This document shows, one piece after another, positions 43,769 to 55,732 of a DNA stretch of 64,000 nt (position 1 is the stretch's first letter; each line of letters begins with the position of its first letter). Source of the DNA: Dehalococcoidia bacterium (lineage in GTDB: Bacteria; Chloroflexota; Dehalococcoidia; Lucifugimonadales; UBA2985); NCBI GenBank assembly GCA_034422115.1, contig DAOUJW010000021.1, positions 65,876-129,875 on the forward strand, given 5' to 3'. Under the pieces are notes generated by a model. It had not been told where the DNA came from. It did not search any database and saw nothing but the letters and a program-made list of their open reading frames with translations. The position numbers and the translations under genes were made by a program.

Positions 43769-45184
43769 CTAAAGCCCCAGCTTCCCGGGGTTCATAATGT
43801 TGTTGGGGTCCAGCGCCGACTTTATGCTGCGCAGCGCCTCCAGGTTGCTTCCAAGCTCACGGGGCATCAGGTGGACCAGCTTCGTCCCGATGCCGTGGAC
43901 GTACTCCATCGAGCCTCCCATGTCCTGGGCCAGCGAAAGCACCTCGTCCGACGCGCCAGGCAGCTGGCCGGGTTCGCCTCGCTCCTCCATACCCACGTCC
44001 ACAAGTATCATGGAGAAGAGCTCAGGCTGCGTCCAGAGGGAGTATTCCCTCACGTGCAGGCCGCGCTCCGCCGCAAGCTGCCGGCAGCGACGCCGGTACT
44101 CCAGCACCCTGGACGCGGGAAGGGCAACGTGGGGGTAGTCCGTGGTCCTGGGCCAGCCGCGGGTCGGCCGCTCCGCGGGCTTGCCGCTCAGGAAACGCTC
44201 CTTGTAGCTGTAGGCGGAGTCGTGGCGGGTGTCCCAGTAGCGCTGGGCCGGCTGCGGGCCAACGTCACTCCCGCTAGAGGCCAGGCACACCTTCAGCGTC
44301 CGCGCCACCTGCGCCTCCACCTCCTCGGCGTACCCCTCGAATACCAGGTACATCACCACCGTGGACGACTCGTCGGAGCCGTCCGGGCTGTAGACAGGCT
44401 CCTCGCTGAGGTCGATCAGCGCGGGCCTGAGGCCCAGGGAGAACATCTCCAGCATGGCGGCAAACCCGTCCTCGAATTGGGGAAAGGTGAAGGACTTGAA
44501 GACCCGGCTCTCAGGCAGCCGGAAGACCCTGAGGGTGGCCCTGGTTATGATGCCCAGGACGCCCTCTGCGCCTATGAACAAGGGATGCAGCGAGGGGCCC
44601 GCCGACATCTTGGGCACGGCCTTTGTCTTGAGCATATCACCGTTGGGAAGCGCCACCTCCAGGCCAAGCACCTGCTCCCCCATTGAGCCGTACCTGGCGG
44701 CCCTGTACCCCACGCCGTTGGTGGAGATCGCGCCTCCGATGGTGGCTATGGGCACGCTGTAGGGGTCGTGGCCCAGCATGAAGCCCTCCGCGCCCAAGGC
44801 GTCGTTCAGGTCTCCCAGGATAACGCCCGCCTCTACGGTGACCGTCCTGTCCTGGGGGCTTATCTCCAGTATGCGGTTCATCCGCTTCAGGTCGACGGCT
44901 ATGCCGCCCTTAAGGGGAGTTAGTGCGCCCGCAACGCCCGTGCCGCCGCCGTAGGGCACGATTGGTATGCTCTCGCGGCAGGCCAGCCTGACAGTCTCCG
45001 CGACCTCCTCGGCGGAGCCGGGGCGCGCGACCGCGAACACCCGCGGCGCGTTGGGGTCTACAGGCTCGCCACGCCACCGGCCAAAGGCGTCCATTGAGTA
45101 GGCCGCCAGGGAAGGCTCGTCAAGGAGTACGTTGTCCGGCCCAACAATGCGTTTGAGGTCTGTCTCCACAGACTGCAATATCAC
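43769..45184 (-). CDS. FAD-linked oxidase (GlcD / D-lactate dehydrogenase family)
   Basis: FAD-binding PCMH region PYGGGTGVAGA...GGIAVDL and a C-terminal FAD-oxidase domain (HGIGTK). Confidence 0.85.
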   Translation of the reverse strand: MILQSVETDLKRIVGPDNVLLDEPSLAAYSMDAFGRWRGEPVDPNAPRVFAVARPGSAEEVAETVRLACRESIPIVPYGGGTGVAGALTPLKGGIAVDLKRMNRILEISPQDRTVTVEAGVILGDLNDALGAEGFMLGHDPYSVPIATIGGAISTNGVGYRAARYGSMGEQVLGLEVALPNGDMLKTKAVPKMSAGPSLHPLFIGAEGVLGIITRATLRVFRLPESRVFKSFTFPQFEDGFAAMLEMFSLGLRPALIDLSEEPVYSPDGSDESSTVVMYLVFEGYAEEVEAQVARTLKVCLASSGSDVGPQPAQRYWDTRHDSAYSYKERFLSGKPAERPTRGWPRTTDYPHVALPASRVLEYRRRCRQLAAERGLHVREYSLWTQPELFSMILVDVGMEERGEPGQLPGASDEVLSLAQDMGGSMEYVHGIGTKLVHLMPRELGSNLEALRSIKSALDPNNIMNPGKLGL

Positions 45185-45196
45185 CGCATGGCTCCG

Positions 45197-45238
45197 TTTA
45201 CCCCCATCCTGACCTTCCCCCGCGAGCGGGGGAAGGGA
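45197..45238. repeat. repeat family E (TTTACCCCCATCCTGACCTTCCCCCGCGAGCGGGGGAAGGGA)
   Basis: Contains the hairpin CCTTCCCCC...GGGGGAAGG. A second copy lies at 49176..49218. Confidence 0.8.
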
Positions 45239-45301
45239 CTACCAGAACCCGATGGGAGTCGCTGAGAGGTTCGGGTATTGAGGGGGAAGTTGTCGCCGGA
45301 A

Positions 45302-46677
<1,376 letters not shown>

Positions 46678-46681
<4 letters not shown>

Positions 46682-47160
46682 GCGCGCGCCTCGACGGTGG
46701 CGACGGCCATTGCCCCTATGCCCTCGCCGCGGCCCGGAAACCCCAAGCCGTCGGTGGTGGTGCACTTGATGTTGACCTGGCCGGGGGACAACCCCGCTGT
46801 TTCGGCAATCGTTTCACGCATGTTCTGTACGTAGGGAGCAAGCCTTGGGCGTTCGGCGACTATTGTAGCATCCAGATTTACCACCTGCCACCCTTCCCGC
46901 GCCAGGAGGTCAGCAACCGTCTTCAGGAATATCAGGCTGGACGCGCCGCGATACTGCGGGTCCGACGACGGGAAGTGCGCGCCGATGTCCCCCAGGCCCG
47001 CGGCCCCCAGCATGGCGTCCACAATGGCGTGCACCAGTACGTCGCCGTCGCTGTGCCCCGCCAGCCCCGACTCGTATTCAACAAGGACGCCGCCGAGCCA
47101 CAGCGGAATGCCCGGCTCCAGCCTGTGCACGTCGTACCCTATTCCGGCGCGGGTGGACAT
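46678..47160 (-). CDS. ispF: 2-C-methyl-D-erythritol 2,4-cyclodiphosphate synthase
   Basis: IGYDVHRL...GHSDGDVLVHAI... Confidence 0.93.
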
Positions 47161-47172
47161 GGATGGCTGTGG

Positions 47173-47868
47173 CTACCGCCTAGCCCTGTCCCGGAGGATG
47201 GCCTCCGCCAGCAGCAGGTCGGTCTTGGTGGTTATCTTGATGTTGTCCGGAGAGCCCTGGAACACCCTCACCTCGTGGCCCAGCATCTCCACCAGAGAAG
47301 CGTCGTCAGTAACCTCGTCCAAGTTGCCCTGGTACGCCTTCCGCAGTAGGTCGTAGCTGAACACCTGGGGCGTCTGGACGGCCCGCAGCTCATCCCTGGG
47401 CACCGTCCTGAGCACCACACCCTCCGCGTCCACGCTCTTGATGGTATCGTTGACGGGCACGGTTGGGATGGCGGCCCCGGTGCGCGCCGCCTCCTGTATG
47501 CACCGCTCCAGTATGTCTGGGGTAACACATGGACGCGCGCCGTCGTGCACCATGACCCACCGGCAGGTAGACAGGCAGTCCAGGCCCGCCTTGACCGAGT
47601 CCTGCCGCCTCTCGCCGCCGGCGCACACCCGGCTAACCTTACGCCAGCCCTCCTCCGCCGCCAGCGCGCGGCCCCGTTCAAGGTTGTCGCGGTGCAGCAC
47701 CAGGACTATCTCGCCCACCTGCGGGAACTCCTCGAATGCCGCGACGGTGTGGGAAATCAGGGGCTTATCCAGCAGAGCCGCGAACACCTTGTCCACGTCG
47801 CCCATCCGCCGGCTGACACCCGCGGCGACAATGACCACGCCTGTTTCCGGCGATGAGTCCGGCGTCAC
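47173..47868 (-). CDS. ispD: 2-C-methyl-D-erythritol 4-phosphate cytidylyltransferase
   Basis: VIVAAGVSRRMG...VHDGARPC...VQTPQVF. Confidence 0.92.
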   Translation of the reverse strand: MTPDSSPETGVVIVAAGVSRRMGDVDKVFAALLDKPLISHTVAAFEEFPQVGEIVLVLHRDNLERGRALAAEEGWRKVSRVCAGGERRQDSVKAGLDCLSTCRWVMVHDGARPCVTPDILERCIQEAARTGAAIPTVPVNDTIKSVDAEGVVLRTVPRDELRAVQTPQVFSYDLLRKAYQGNLDEVTDDASLVEMLGHEVRVFQGSPDNIKITTKTDLLLAEAILRDRARR

Positions 47869-47877
47869 GGCCGCGCC

Positions 47878-48978
47878 CTAGGTCGCGCTGGGCTGAGCGA
47901 AGATGATGCGGCCCGCGGCCGTCTGGAGCACCCTGGTTATGGACACGTCCAGGTGGGAGTTGATGTACTTCTTGCCGCCCTCTATCACCACCATTGTGCC
48001 GTCGTCCAGGAAGGCCACGCCCTGGCCGATCTCCCTGCCCTCCTGGATAACCCTCACCATCATCTCCTCGCCGGGAATGACCACGGGCTTGAGGGCGTTG
48101 GCAAGCTCGTTGATGTTGAGCACCCTCACGCCCTGAAGCTCCGCCACGCGGTTCAGGTTGAAGTCTGTGGTGAGGATGGGCGCTCTCATGGTCTTGGCCA
48201 TCATCACCAGCTTGCCGTCCACCTCCGGCACGTCCCGCACGTCCTCGTCCAGGATCTGGATGGGCACGTCCTTCTCCTTGCGCAGCTTGTTGAGCATCTC
48301 CAGCCCTCTGCGACCCCGAGTGCGTCTGAGGGAGTCGCTGGAGTCTGCGATGTGCCGCAGCTCGTCCAGAACAAAGCGGGGGATGACCATCGTGCCCGCC
48401 ACGAAACCCGTCTTGCTGATGTCGGCAATCCTGCCGTCGATTATGGCGCTGGTGTCCATGAGGACGCGGCTGTTGGCGTTATACCGCCCGGCCTGCCCGC
48501 CTCGACGGGAGCGGTCCGGTAGGAACTGGGCAAAGTCCCGTTCCCTGGTCAACATAATCGCCATCCCCAGGGAGCCGAGTACAAGGCTCAGGCCGACGGG
48601 AACGGCCAGCCCCGGCCAGCCTGAGAGCCTGGAAAGACTTGTGGAAATCAGCGCCGCAACAACCAGGCCCAGTATCAGGCCAAGAGTCCCCGAAACCAGC
48701 GTGCTGAAGCTCATGTCCTGAAAGACCCTGCGAGTCCACTGGATTGGGGTGAGAACCAGATAGGGAGCAACAGCCAGACCGAAAACACCGCCGGTCAGCA
48801 TTCCGCCCAGGCCCCACGGGACGGGAGCCTCTTCATCCATCATCGACCCAACCCACAGCCCCAGAACCCATCCGCCCAGCCCGGCGAGCGCCAGCCCCAC
48901 CAGGCGCAGCCACCATTGAATACCCATATAGCCATCTCCTTCCGCCTCCTCCAGGGAGAACCAAATAATCCGGTCCAA
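47878..48978 (-). CDS. PIN/TRAM-domain membrane protein (YacL-like)
   Basis: N-terminal TM helices, PIN core (VLMDTSAIIDGRI) and a C-terminal TRAM-like region. Conserved position upstream of ispD-ispF. Confidence 0.8.
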   Translation of the reverse strand: MDRIIWFSLEEAEGDGYMGIQWWLRLVGLALAGLGGWVLGLWVGSMMDEEAPVPWGLGGMLTGGVFGLAVAPYLVLTPIQWTRRVFQDMSFSTLVSGTLGLILGLVVAALISTSLSRLSGWPGLAVPVGLSLVLGSLGMAIMLTRERDFAQFLPDRSRRGGQAGRYNANSRVLMDTSAIIDGRIADISKTGFVAGTMVIPRFVLDELRHIADSSDSLRRTRGRRGLEMLNKLRKEKDVPIQILDEDVRDVPEVDGKLVMMAKTMRAPILTTDFNLNRVAELQGVRVLNINELANALKPVVIPGEEMMVRVIQEGREIGQGVAFLDDGTMVVIEGGKKYINSHLDVSITRVLQTAAGRIIFAQPSAT

Positions 48979-49083
48979 AAACGGACACTAATACACCTTA
49001 AGTATAGCACACGCGCACTGGGCCAAAGCCAGACTCGTAATGCGAGGCAGCACGGGCGGGGGCACACACCTCTCCACCACCCC

Positions 49084-49290
49084 TGGATTCCTGCCTACGG
49101 AGACCTTTGCAAAACCTCTTCCCCCTTCAAGGGGGAAGATTGAGATGGGGGTGAGCCGTGCGGGGACACGCCTCTTTTTACCCCCATCCTGACCTTCCCC
49201 CGCAAGCGGGGGAAGGGAGTTAGGATTATTCAGAGGTCTCACTCCGCAGGAATGGGGGAGGATGTAGGGCGGTTCGCGAACCGCCCCTAC
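49084..49290. repeat. composite repeat cluster (families B/C-left end, E, D plus an extra hairpin)
   Basis: 49087..49115 is ATTCCTGC-ctacgga-GACCTTTGCAAAAC, a truncated MITE left end. 49117..49137 is CTTCCCCC-TTCAA-GGGGGAAG. 49176..49218 is family E. 49264..49290 is the family D palindrome. Confidence 0.8.
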
Positions 49291-49339
49291 AATGCGTTCA
49301 GACTGTTCAACAGGTTAATCTGTGCGATGACCTGGGCCT

Positions 49340-50053
49340 TCAGCCTGCCGGCCCGGTAATGGTTATGACGCGGCTGGTGTACATCAGGCGGGGCAACGCC
49401 TTCAGCGCCTCCAGGTTTGGGCGGTCTACGTTCAGGAGGCGCGGCAGTCGGATGCCCTCTAACCGCTCCATGTAGGGGCAGCGCTTCTCAAAGGCCAGCA
49501 GCGTGTGCCTGTCGCCGCCGAGCAGCATGTGGTCCAGAGGCCCCTCCCAAGCCTCCACCTGCGCCTGGAGCGTCTCAGCGGCCTTGTCCATGAGCGCCCG
49601 GGCCTGCTCCTCACGACGGCGGGCAAAGCGCCCGGAGGAGCTGCCGCCCTTCTTGTGTCTCCCCTTGACGAAGCGGCTGCCGACCTTGGACTGGGCCAGA
49701 CGCTCCCCCTCGAAGACCCCGACGGCGTAGCCGCTGAGACGCAGCAGCACGACCAGTACAGTTCGCTGTTTGTCCAGGAGATCGCGCAGAGGGCCGGTGT
49801 TCCAGCCGGAATGCTCCGCCTGAGTCTCCACGGGAAAGGGCGGTAGCACAGCCTGTGACTCCTCTGGGCTCCAGAAGAGGAAGGCACCCGTACCGGAGTC
49901 CCGGACAGCCTCCGCCAAATATTCGTCCAATGGAACAGAGCTGGGGAGACCGCCGGAGGGCGGAATGCAGAGCGTGCGACCGCTTTTGGCCGGATTGTGC
50001 CAGCCATCGGCCAGGCGGCGTAATGCTCCAGAGGGTAAGTCCTGTTGTTCCAT
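49340..50053 (-). CDS. Vms1/VLRF1-like release-factor-fold protein (Actinobacteria/Chloroflexi acVLRF1 type)
   Basis: LLRLSGYAVGVFEGERLAQSKVGSRFVKGRHKKGGSSSGRFARRREEQ matches, from memory, the acVLRF1 core (GYAVGVF...GR..GG...RFARRRE). 237 aa. Confidence 0.55.
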   Translation of the reverse strand: MEQQDLPSGALRRLADGWHNPAKSGRTLCIPPSGGLPSSVPLDEYLAEAVRDSGTGAFLFWSPEESQAVLPPFPVETQAEHSGWNTGPLRDLLDKQRTVLVVLLRLSGYAVGVFEGERLAQSKVGSRFVKGRHKKGGSSSGRFARRREEQARALMDKAAETLQAQVEAWEGPLDHMLLGGDRHTLLAFEKRCPYMERLEGIRLPRLLNVDRPNLEALKALPRLMYTSRVITITGPAG

Positions 50054-50079
50054 GTCAGGCTCCGGTTCGGAAATGGCCC

Positions 50080-52482
50080 TTACGCCAGCTCCACCACGGT
50101 AGCGCCGTCGGTGCGGTTGCCCTCCTCCGAGGCAAAGGAGTTCACCAGCGTGTGTCCGGTGAGATGCTGACGCAGGGCGTCTCGCAGCGCGCCCGTGCCC
50201 ACGCCATGCACCAGGCGCACCGACGAGAGACCCGCCAGAGCCGCCCTGTCCAGGAAGCGATCCAGCCTGTCCAGCGCGTCCACCACCCGCACGCCGCGAA
50301 GGTCAAGATCGCGCTCCGCGGGCGTCTCGGCGGCGGGGGGTCTGGCGGCGGACGCGGCTCGCTGCCCAGGCGCGGCGGCCACCCTCTGCTCTATCTCGTC
50401 CAGGGACACTCTGAGTCTCACGGAGCCCAGCCCAAGCTCCACGTCGGACTCTTGCCTGGGCTCCGAGAGCACCTCAAGGGGCTGGCCGATGCCCCGCACC
50501 TGCACCATGTCTCCGGGCTTCAGCTGCCTGGTCCAACCCAGGCGCGCATCGTCTCCCCTCCACGCAGGCGATTGCAGGTCTCTCCTGACGCGCGAGACCT
50601 CCTGCCTGCGCCTCTGTATCTCCCGGGAGTCCTGGGCCGGCCCCGACGCCGGAAGCGACCGCTCAGCCTGGCGCAGCCGCCGCCACACCTCCTCCACCCT
50701 CGCCTGGAGCTCCCGGCGCGCCTCCACCATCATCGCTTCCTTCTCCCGCTCCAGGTCTGCCAGCCTCGTCTCAAGCTCCTGCCGCAGCCCCTGCGCTCGG
50801 TCCAGCTCCTCACGGATTTCCCTGTGCCTCTCCACGGCCTGGTGACGCTCTCGCTGGAGGTCGTTCAACAGGCTCTCCGTCTGCCTGAAGGCGCCCGACA
50901 GCAGGGCGCGGGCGTCGTCGATAACGTTCTGGGGCATACCCAGCCTGGTGGCGATGGTGAGGGCGTAGCTCCTCTCCGGCAGGCCGATGTTGAGCCTGTA
51001 GGTGGGCGCGAGGGTGTCCGGGTCAAGCTCCACGCTTGCGTTGACCATCCCCGGCCTCTCCTGCACAAAGGCCGCAAGGTCCCGGTGGTGGGAGGTGGCG
51101 ACCACCGGAATGCCCCGCCGGTTAAGCTCCATGAGGATGGACTTGGCAAGGGCCGCGCCCTCCTCCGGGTCGGTGCTGGTTCCCAGCTCGTCTATCAGCA
51201 CCAGCGACCGGCGCGTGGCGTGGTCCAGGAACCTGCTCAGGTTCTGCACGTGGGAGCTGAAGGTGGAGAGGGAGCGCTGGATGCTCTGCTGATCGCCTAT
51301 GTCTGCGTAGAAGCCGTCGAAGACGCTGACGACCGCCTCTGTAGCCGGGACGTGCAGACCCGCCTGGGCCATAGCCGTCAGCAGGCCGGCCATCTTCAGC
51401 GACACCGTCTTGCCTCCGGCGTTGGGGCCGGTGATGAGGATGATTGATGAGTCGTCGCCAAGCTGGATGGTGTTGGGCACGACGTCTCCGGCCAGCAGCG
51501 GGTGGCGCGCCTCCGACAGGAGGATGTACGGCTTATCGGACTGCGCCAGCGAGACGGGCGCGCCCCTAATCGACGCCGAGTATCTGGCCTTGGCCATTGC
51601 CAGGTCTATGCGCGCCAGCATGTCCATGCCCAGAAGCAGATCGTCCTTCCGGTCGCCCACCGCGCCGGACAGCTCCCGCAGGACGCGCTCCTCCTCACGC
51701 ACGGCCGCCAGTCGCAGCTCCTGCCACTGGTTGCCCGCGGGAATGGTCTGCATTGGCTCCACAAACAGGGTCGCGCCGCTGTCGGACACGTCGTGGACAA
51801 TGCCCTGGACGTTGTGGCGCATCTCCGCCTTCACCAGCAGCACCATGCGGCCCTGGCGCTGGGTTATGAGCGCCTCCTGCAGGACGCCCCTGCCGTACAG
51901 CCCCCGCATCATCCTCTGCAGGGACCGCTCCAGCGCGTTGAAGGTCTCCCGGGAGCGGATGCGCATCTCCGCAAGCTGTGGCGATGCGCCGTCCAGCACT
52001 TCGCCGTCCCGGCCGATGGCGCGGGACAGCTGCCGTTCCAGGTCTCGGAAGTCTGGTATCTGCCGTGCGAGATGGGACAGGATGCCGAGGTCGCTCTGAG
52101 AACCGACTACCGACCGCGCGCTTCCAAGGGCTCTGGCAGTGCCGGCGACGTCCCTGAGGTCTGCGCCGGGCAGTGTGCCCCCCAGCGCGGCGCTCTCCAC
52201 CGGCTGGCGCACGTCCCGGGCGGCGCTGAACTCCACGTCCCTGCTGCGCTCAAGGAGGCGCACCGCCTCCGATGTCTCCTGCTGGCGGCGCTGCACGTCC
52301 TGGCGTGCGTAGGACGGCCGCAGGCCCAGGGCCAGCTCCCTGGCCATCGGCGTTTGAGTGTGGCCCGCCAGGCGCTCCGTCACCTGGTGGAACTCAAGAA
52401 GCTCCAGGGCCCTCTCACGGAGGTCATCTTCGGGTGCGTCGATGGTGGCGTTGTCCATGCGGCCTTCGCTTGCGGGAATCAC
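50080..52482 (-). CDS. mutS2: endonuclease MutS2 (MutS ATPase core plus C-terminal Smr domain)
   Basis: Walker A GPNAGGKTV, MutS domain V, long coiled-coil, C-terminal Smr (LDLRGVRVVDALDRLDRFLD...LVHGVGTGALR). Confidence 0.93.
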   Translation of the reverse strand: MIPASEGRMDNATIDAPEDDLRERALELLEFHQVTERLAGHTQTPMARELALGLRPSYARQDVQRRQQETSEAVRLLERSRDVEFSAARDVRQPVESAALGGTLPGADLRDVAGTARALGSARSVVGSQSDLGILSHLARQIPDFRDLERQLSRAIGRDGEVLDGASPQLAEMRIRSRETFNALERSLQRMMRGLYGRGVLQEALITQRQGRMVLLVKAEMRHNVQGIVHDVSDSGATLFVEPMQTIPAGNQWQELRLAAVREEERVLRELSGAVGDRKDDLLLGMDMLARIDLAMAKARYSASIRGAPVSLAQSDKPYILLSEARHPLLAGDVVPNTIQLGDDSSIILITGPNAGGKTVSLKMAGLLTAMAQAGLHVPATEAVVSVFDGFYADIGDQQSIQRSLSTFSSHVQNLSRFLDHATRRSLVLIDELGTSTDPEEGAALAKSILMELNRRGIPVVATSHHRDLAAFVQERPGMVNASVELDPDTLAPTYRLNIGLPERSYALTIATRLGMPQNVIDDARALLSGAFRQTESLLNDLQRERHQAVERHREIREELDRAQGLRQELETRLADLEREKEAMMVEARRELQARVEEVWRRLRQAERSLPASGPAQDSREIQRRRQEVSRVRRDLQSPAWRGDDARLGWTRQLKPGDMVQVRGIGQPLEVLSEPRQESDVELGLGSVRLRVSLDEIEQRVAAAPGQRAASAARPPAAETPAERDLDLRGVRVVDALDRLDRFLDRAALAGLSSVRLVHGVGTGALRDALRQHLTGHTLVNSFASEEGNRTDGATVVELA

Positions 52483-52546
52483 GCCCTCAGCTTAGCAGTA
52501 CAGGCAGGGCTGCGTCCAGAAAGAGCCTATGCAAAACGCTGTTGCA

Positions 52547-52583
52547 CCCGCTCATACCCTTCGACAGGCTCAGGGTGAGCGGG
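52547..52583. repeat. REP-like hairpin unit (family A)
   Basis: cccgctcatacccttcgacaggctcagggtgagcggg. Confidence 0.85.
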
Positions 52584-52599
52584 AATGGGTGCCCATTAG

Positions 52600-53385
52600 T
52601 CAGGAGTGGGTTTCGACGAAGGTGCGCATGGCGTCGAAGTACTGCTCACGGCCACGAAGCAGGAGGTCGTTGTGGCCCGCCATCGGGATTACCTCAATGG
52701 CCTTGTCCTCGGAGCTGACAGACTCGTAGAACTCAAAGGCCCTCTCAACGAGTATCAGGTCGTCCCGCTCGCCGTGAATGACCAGCAGGGGCAGGGTGAC
52801 GGAGCGCACCTTCTCCTCGTGCAGGCGGAGCATCTCGGCGATAACCGGCTCATCCGGAGGCAGGCCCCATCGCTCTATCGTGCGCCCAATGCTGGCGGAG
52901 CCGCTCTCCATTATCAGCCCGGCTATCTCGTCCTGGAAGCGGGCGGTGATCTCCAGCGCAGAGTGGCAGCCCATTGAGCGCCCCTTCACGAAGATGGGGC
53001 CGGTGAACCCCTCGGACGCCAGCATCCGCTTGAAGTACGTGAACACCTCCGCGGCGTCGGAGGTCATTGTGGAGAAGGTTGGCAGCCCGCTGCTCTGGCC
53101 GTAGCCCCGGAAGTCGGCCACAAAGAAGCTCATGCCCGCCCGGTGGTACGAGGGGACCAGGGTGTCGTACTGGCAGGCCACCTCCCCGTTGCCGTGGAAG
53201 AAGAGGATGTTGGGCGAATTCGGCTCAAGGGGGTAGAACCTGGCGGACAGTGACACGCCGGTGCCCACGGGGATGAGGTGGTCGGTGGCGCCGGCGGGCG
53301 GCTGCGACCATATCCGCTGGGGGTAGAACATGGCCTGGCTCATAAGCGGGTGGTCCAGGGGTGAGTAGTCTATGGGCTGGTACAT
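52600..53385 (-). CDS. alpha/beta hydrolase
   Basis: Nucleophile elbow GRSMG, HGNG oxyanion region and a C-terminal GHND. 261 aa. Confidence 0.8.
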   Translation of the reverse strand: MYQPIDYSPLDHPLMSQAMFYPQRIWSQPPAGATDHLIPVGTGVSLSARFYPLEPNSPNILFFHGNGEVACQYDTLVPSYHRAGMSFFVADFRGYGQSSGLPTFSTMTSDAAEVFTYFKRMLASEGFTGPIFVKGRSMGCHSALEITARFQDEIAGLIMESGSASIGRTIERWGLPPDEPVIAEMLRLHEEKVRSVTLPLLVIHGERDDLILVERAFEFYESVSSEDKAIEVIPMAGHNDLLLRGREQYFDAMRTFVETHS

Positions 53386-53603
53386 GACGCCTCCTGTCGC
53401 GTGTTGACTCTATCAGGAGGCGGGCGGGTTGTCCAGCAGTTCATAATTGCGGTGGTGCATGGGTTTCGGCTACCTTACGCACGCCCTAGAAAAATGCAAG
53501 TAGGGCTGGCAAAACTGCTAATCCCAGTGCAGACGCCTGTTACACCCTCTTGTTTACTTGCAGTACCAGTCCATAACATCTGAGGTCCCTCTGCCTCGCG
53601 CGC

Positions 53604-53633
53604 TTGACAACCTTTCCCGCCATTTCTTATACT
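53604..53633 (+). promoter_or_regulatory. sigma-70-type promoter of groESL
   Basis: TTGACA (53604..53609), 18-nt spacer, TATACT (53628..53633), directly upstream of the CIRCE element. Confidence 0.6.
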
Positions 53634-53643
53634 ACGGCAGGAT

Positions 53644-53670
53644 TTAGCAGTCGGAGTCTGCGACTGCTAA
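53644..53670 (+). promoter_or_regulatory. CIRCE operator (HrcA binding site), variant TTAGCAGTC-N9-GACTGCTAA
   Basis: Perfect 9-bp inverted repeat with a 9-nt spacer between the promoter and groES. The canonical form is TTAGCACTC-N9-GAGTGCTAA. Confidence 0.8.
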
Positions 53671-53709
53671 GTCTGCGCGAAAACTAAATACGCAAGTAGA
53701 AAAGGAGGT

Positions 53710-54009
53710 ATGCAGGTGGCACGGAATTTCCAACCCTTGGGTGACCGCGTAGTGGTGAGGCCCATAGAGCGGGAAGAGGTCTCCGCCGGCGGCATCGTCC
53801 TACCGGACACCGCCAAAGAGAAGCCCCAGGAGGGAGAGGTGATGGCCGTGGGCAAGGGCCGGGTTGCCGACGATGGAAAGGTGATAGAGATGGAGTCCAA
53901 GGTGGGCGACATTGTCATCTACTCCAGGTACGCCGGCAGCGAGTTCCGGGAGGACGGGGAGGACTTCCTGGTCCTCAGGGAGAGCGACATCCTGGCGAAG
54001 ATCACCTAA
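53710..54009 (+). CDS. groES: co-chaperonin GroES
   Basis: FQPLGDRVVVRP...GGIVLPDTAKEKPQEGEV. GGAGG at 53704..53708 favours GTG 53716 as the true start. Confidence 0.93.
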   Translation: MQVARNFQPLGDRVVVRPIEREEVSAGGIVLPDTAKEKPQEGEVMAVGKGRVADDGKVIEMESKVGDIVIYSRYAGSEFREDGEDFLVLRESDILAKIT

Positions 54010-54041
54010 TCGATATCGTTATCATTAAATCTGGGAGGTAG

Positions 54042-55655
<1,614 letters not shown>

Positions 55656-55676
55656 GCTCCACCGCATAGTAGAGTG

Positions 55677-55714
55677 GAGAGGGGTCAGCCCGGTATTCCG
55701 GGCTGACCCCTCTC
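55677..55714 (+). terminator. terminator-like perfect 17-bp hairpin after groEL
   Basis: GAGAGGGGTCAGCCCGG-TATT-CCGGGCTGACCCCTCTC. No clear T-tract follows. Confidence 0.55.
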
Positions 55715-55732
55715 AGCGATAAAGGAGAGCGC

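Noticed and set aside
49855-51447. 530-aa + strand ORF (plus 51502..52578 and others) antisense to mutS2 and the VLRF1-like gene.
   Set aside because: Antisense artefacts of high-GC coding sequence. MutS2 motifs (Walker A, Smr) are on the minus strand.
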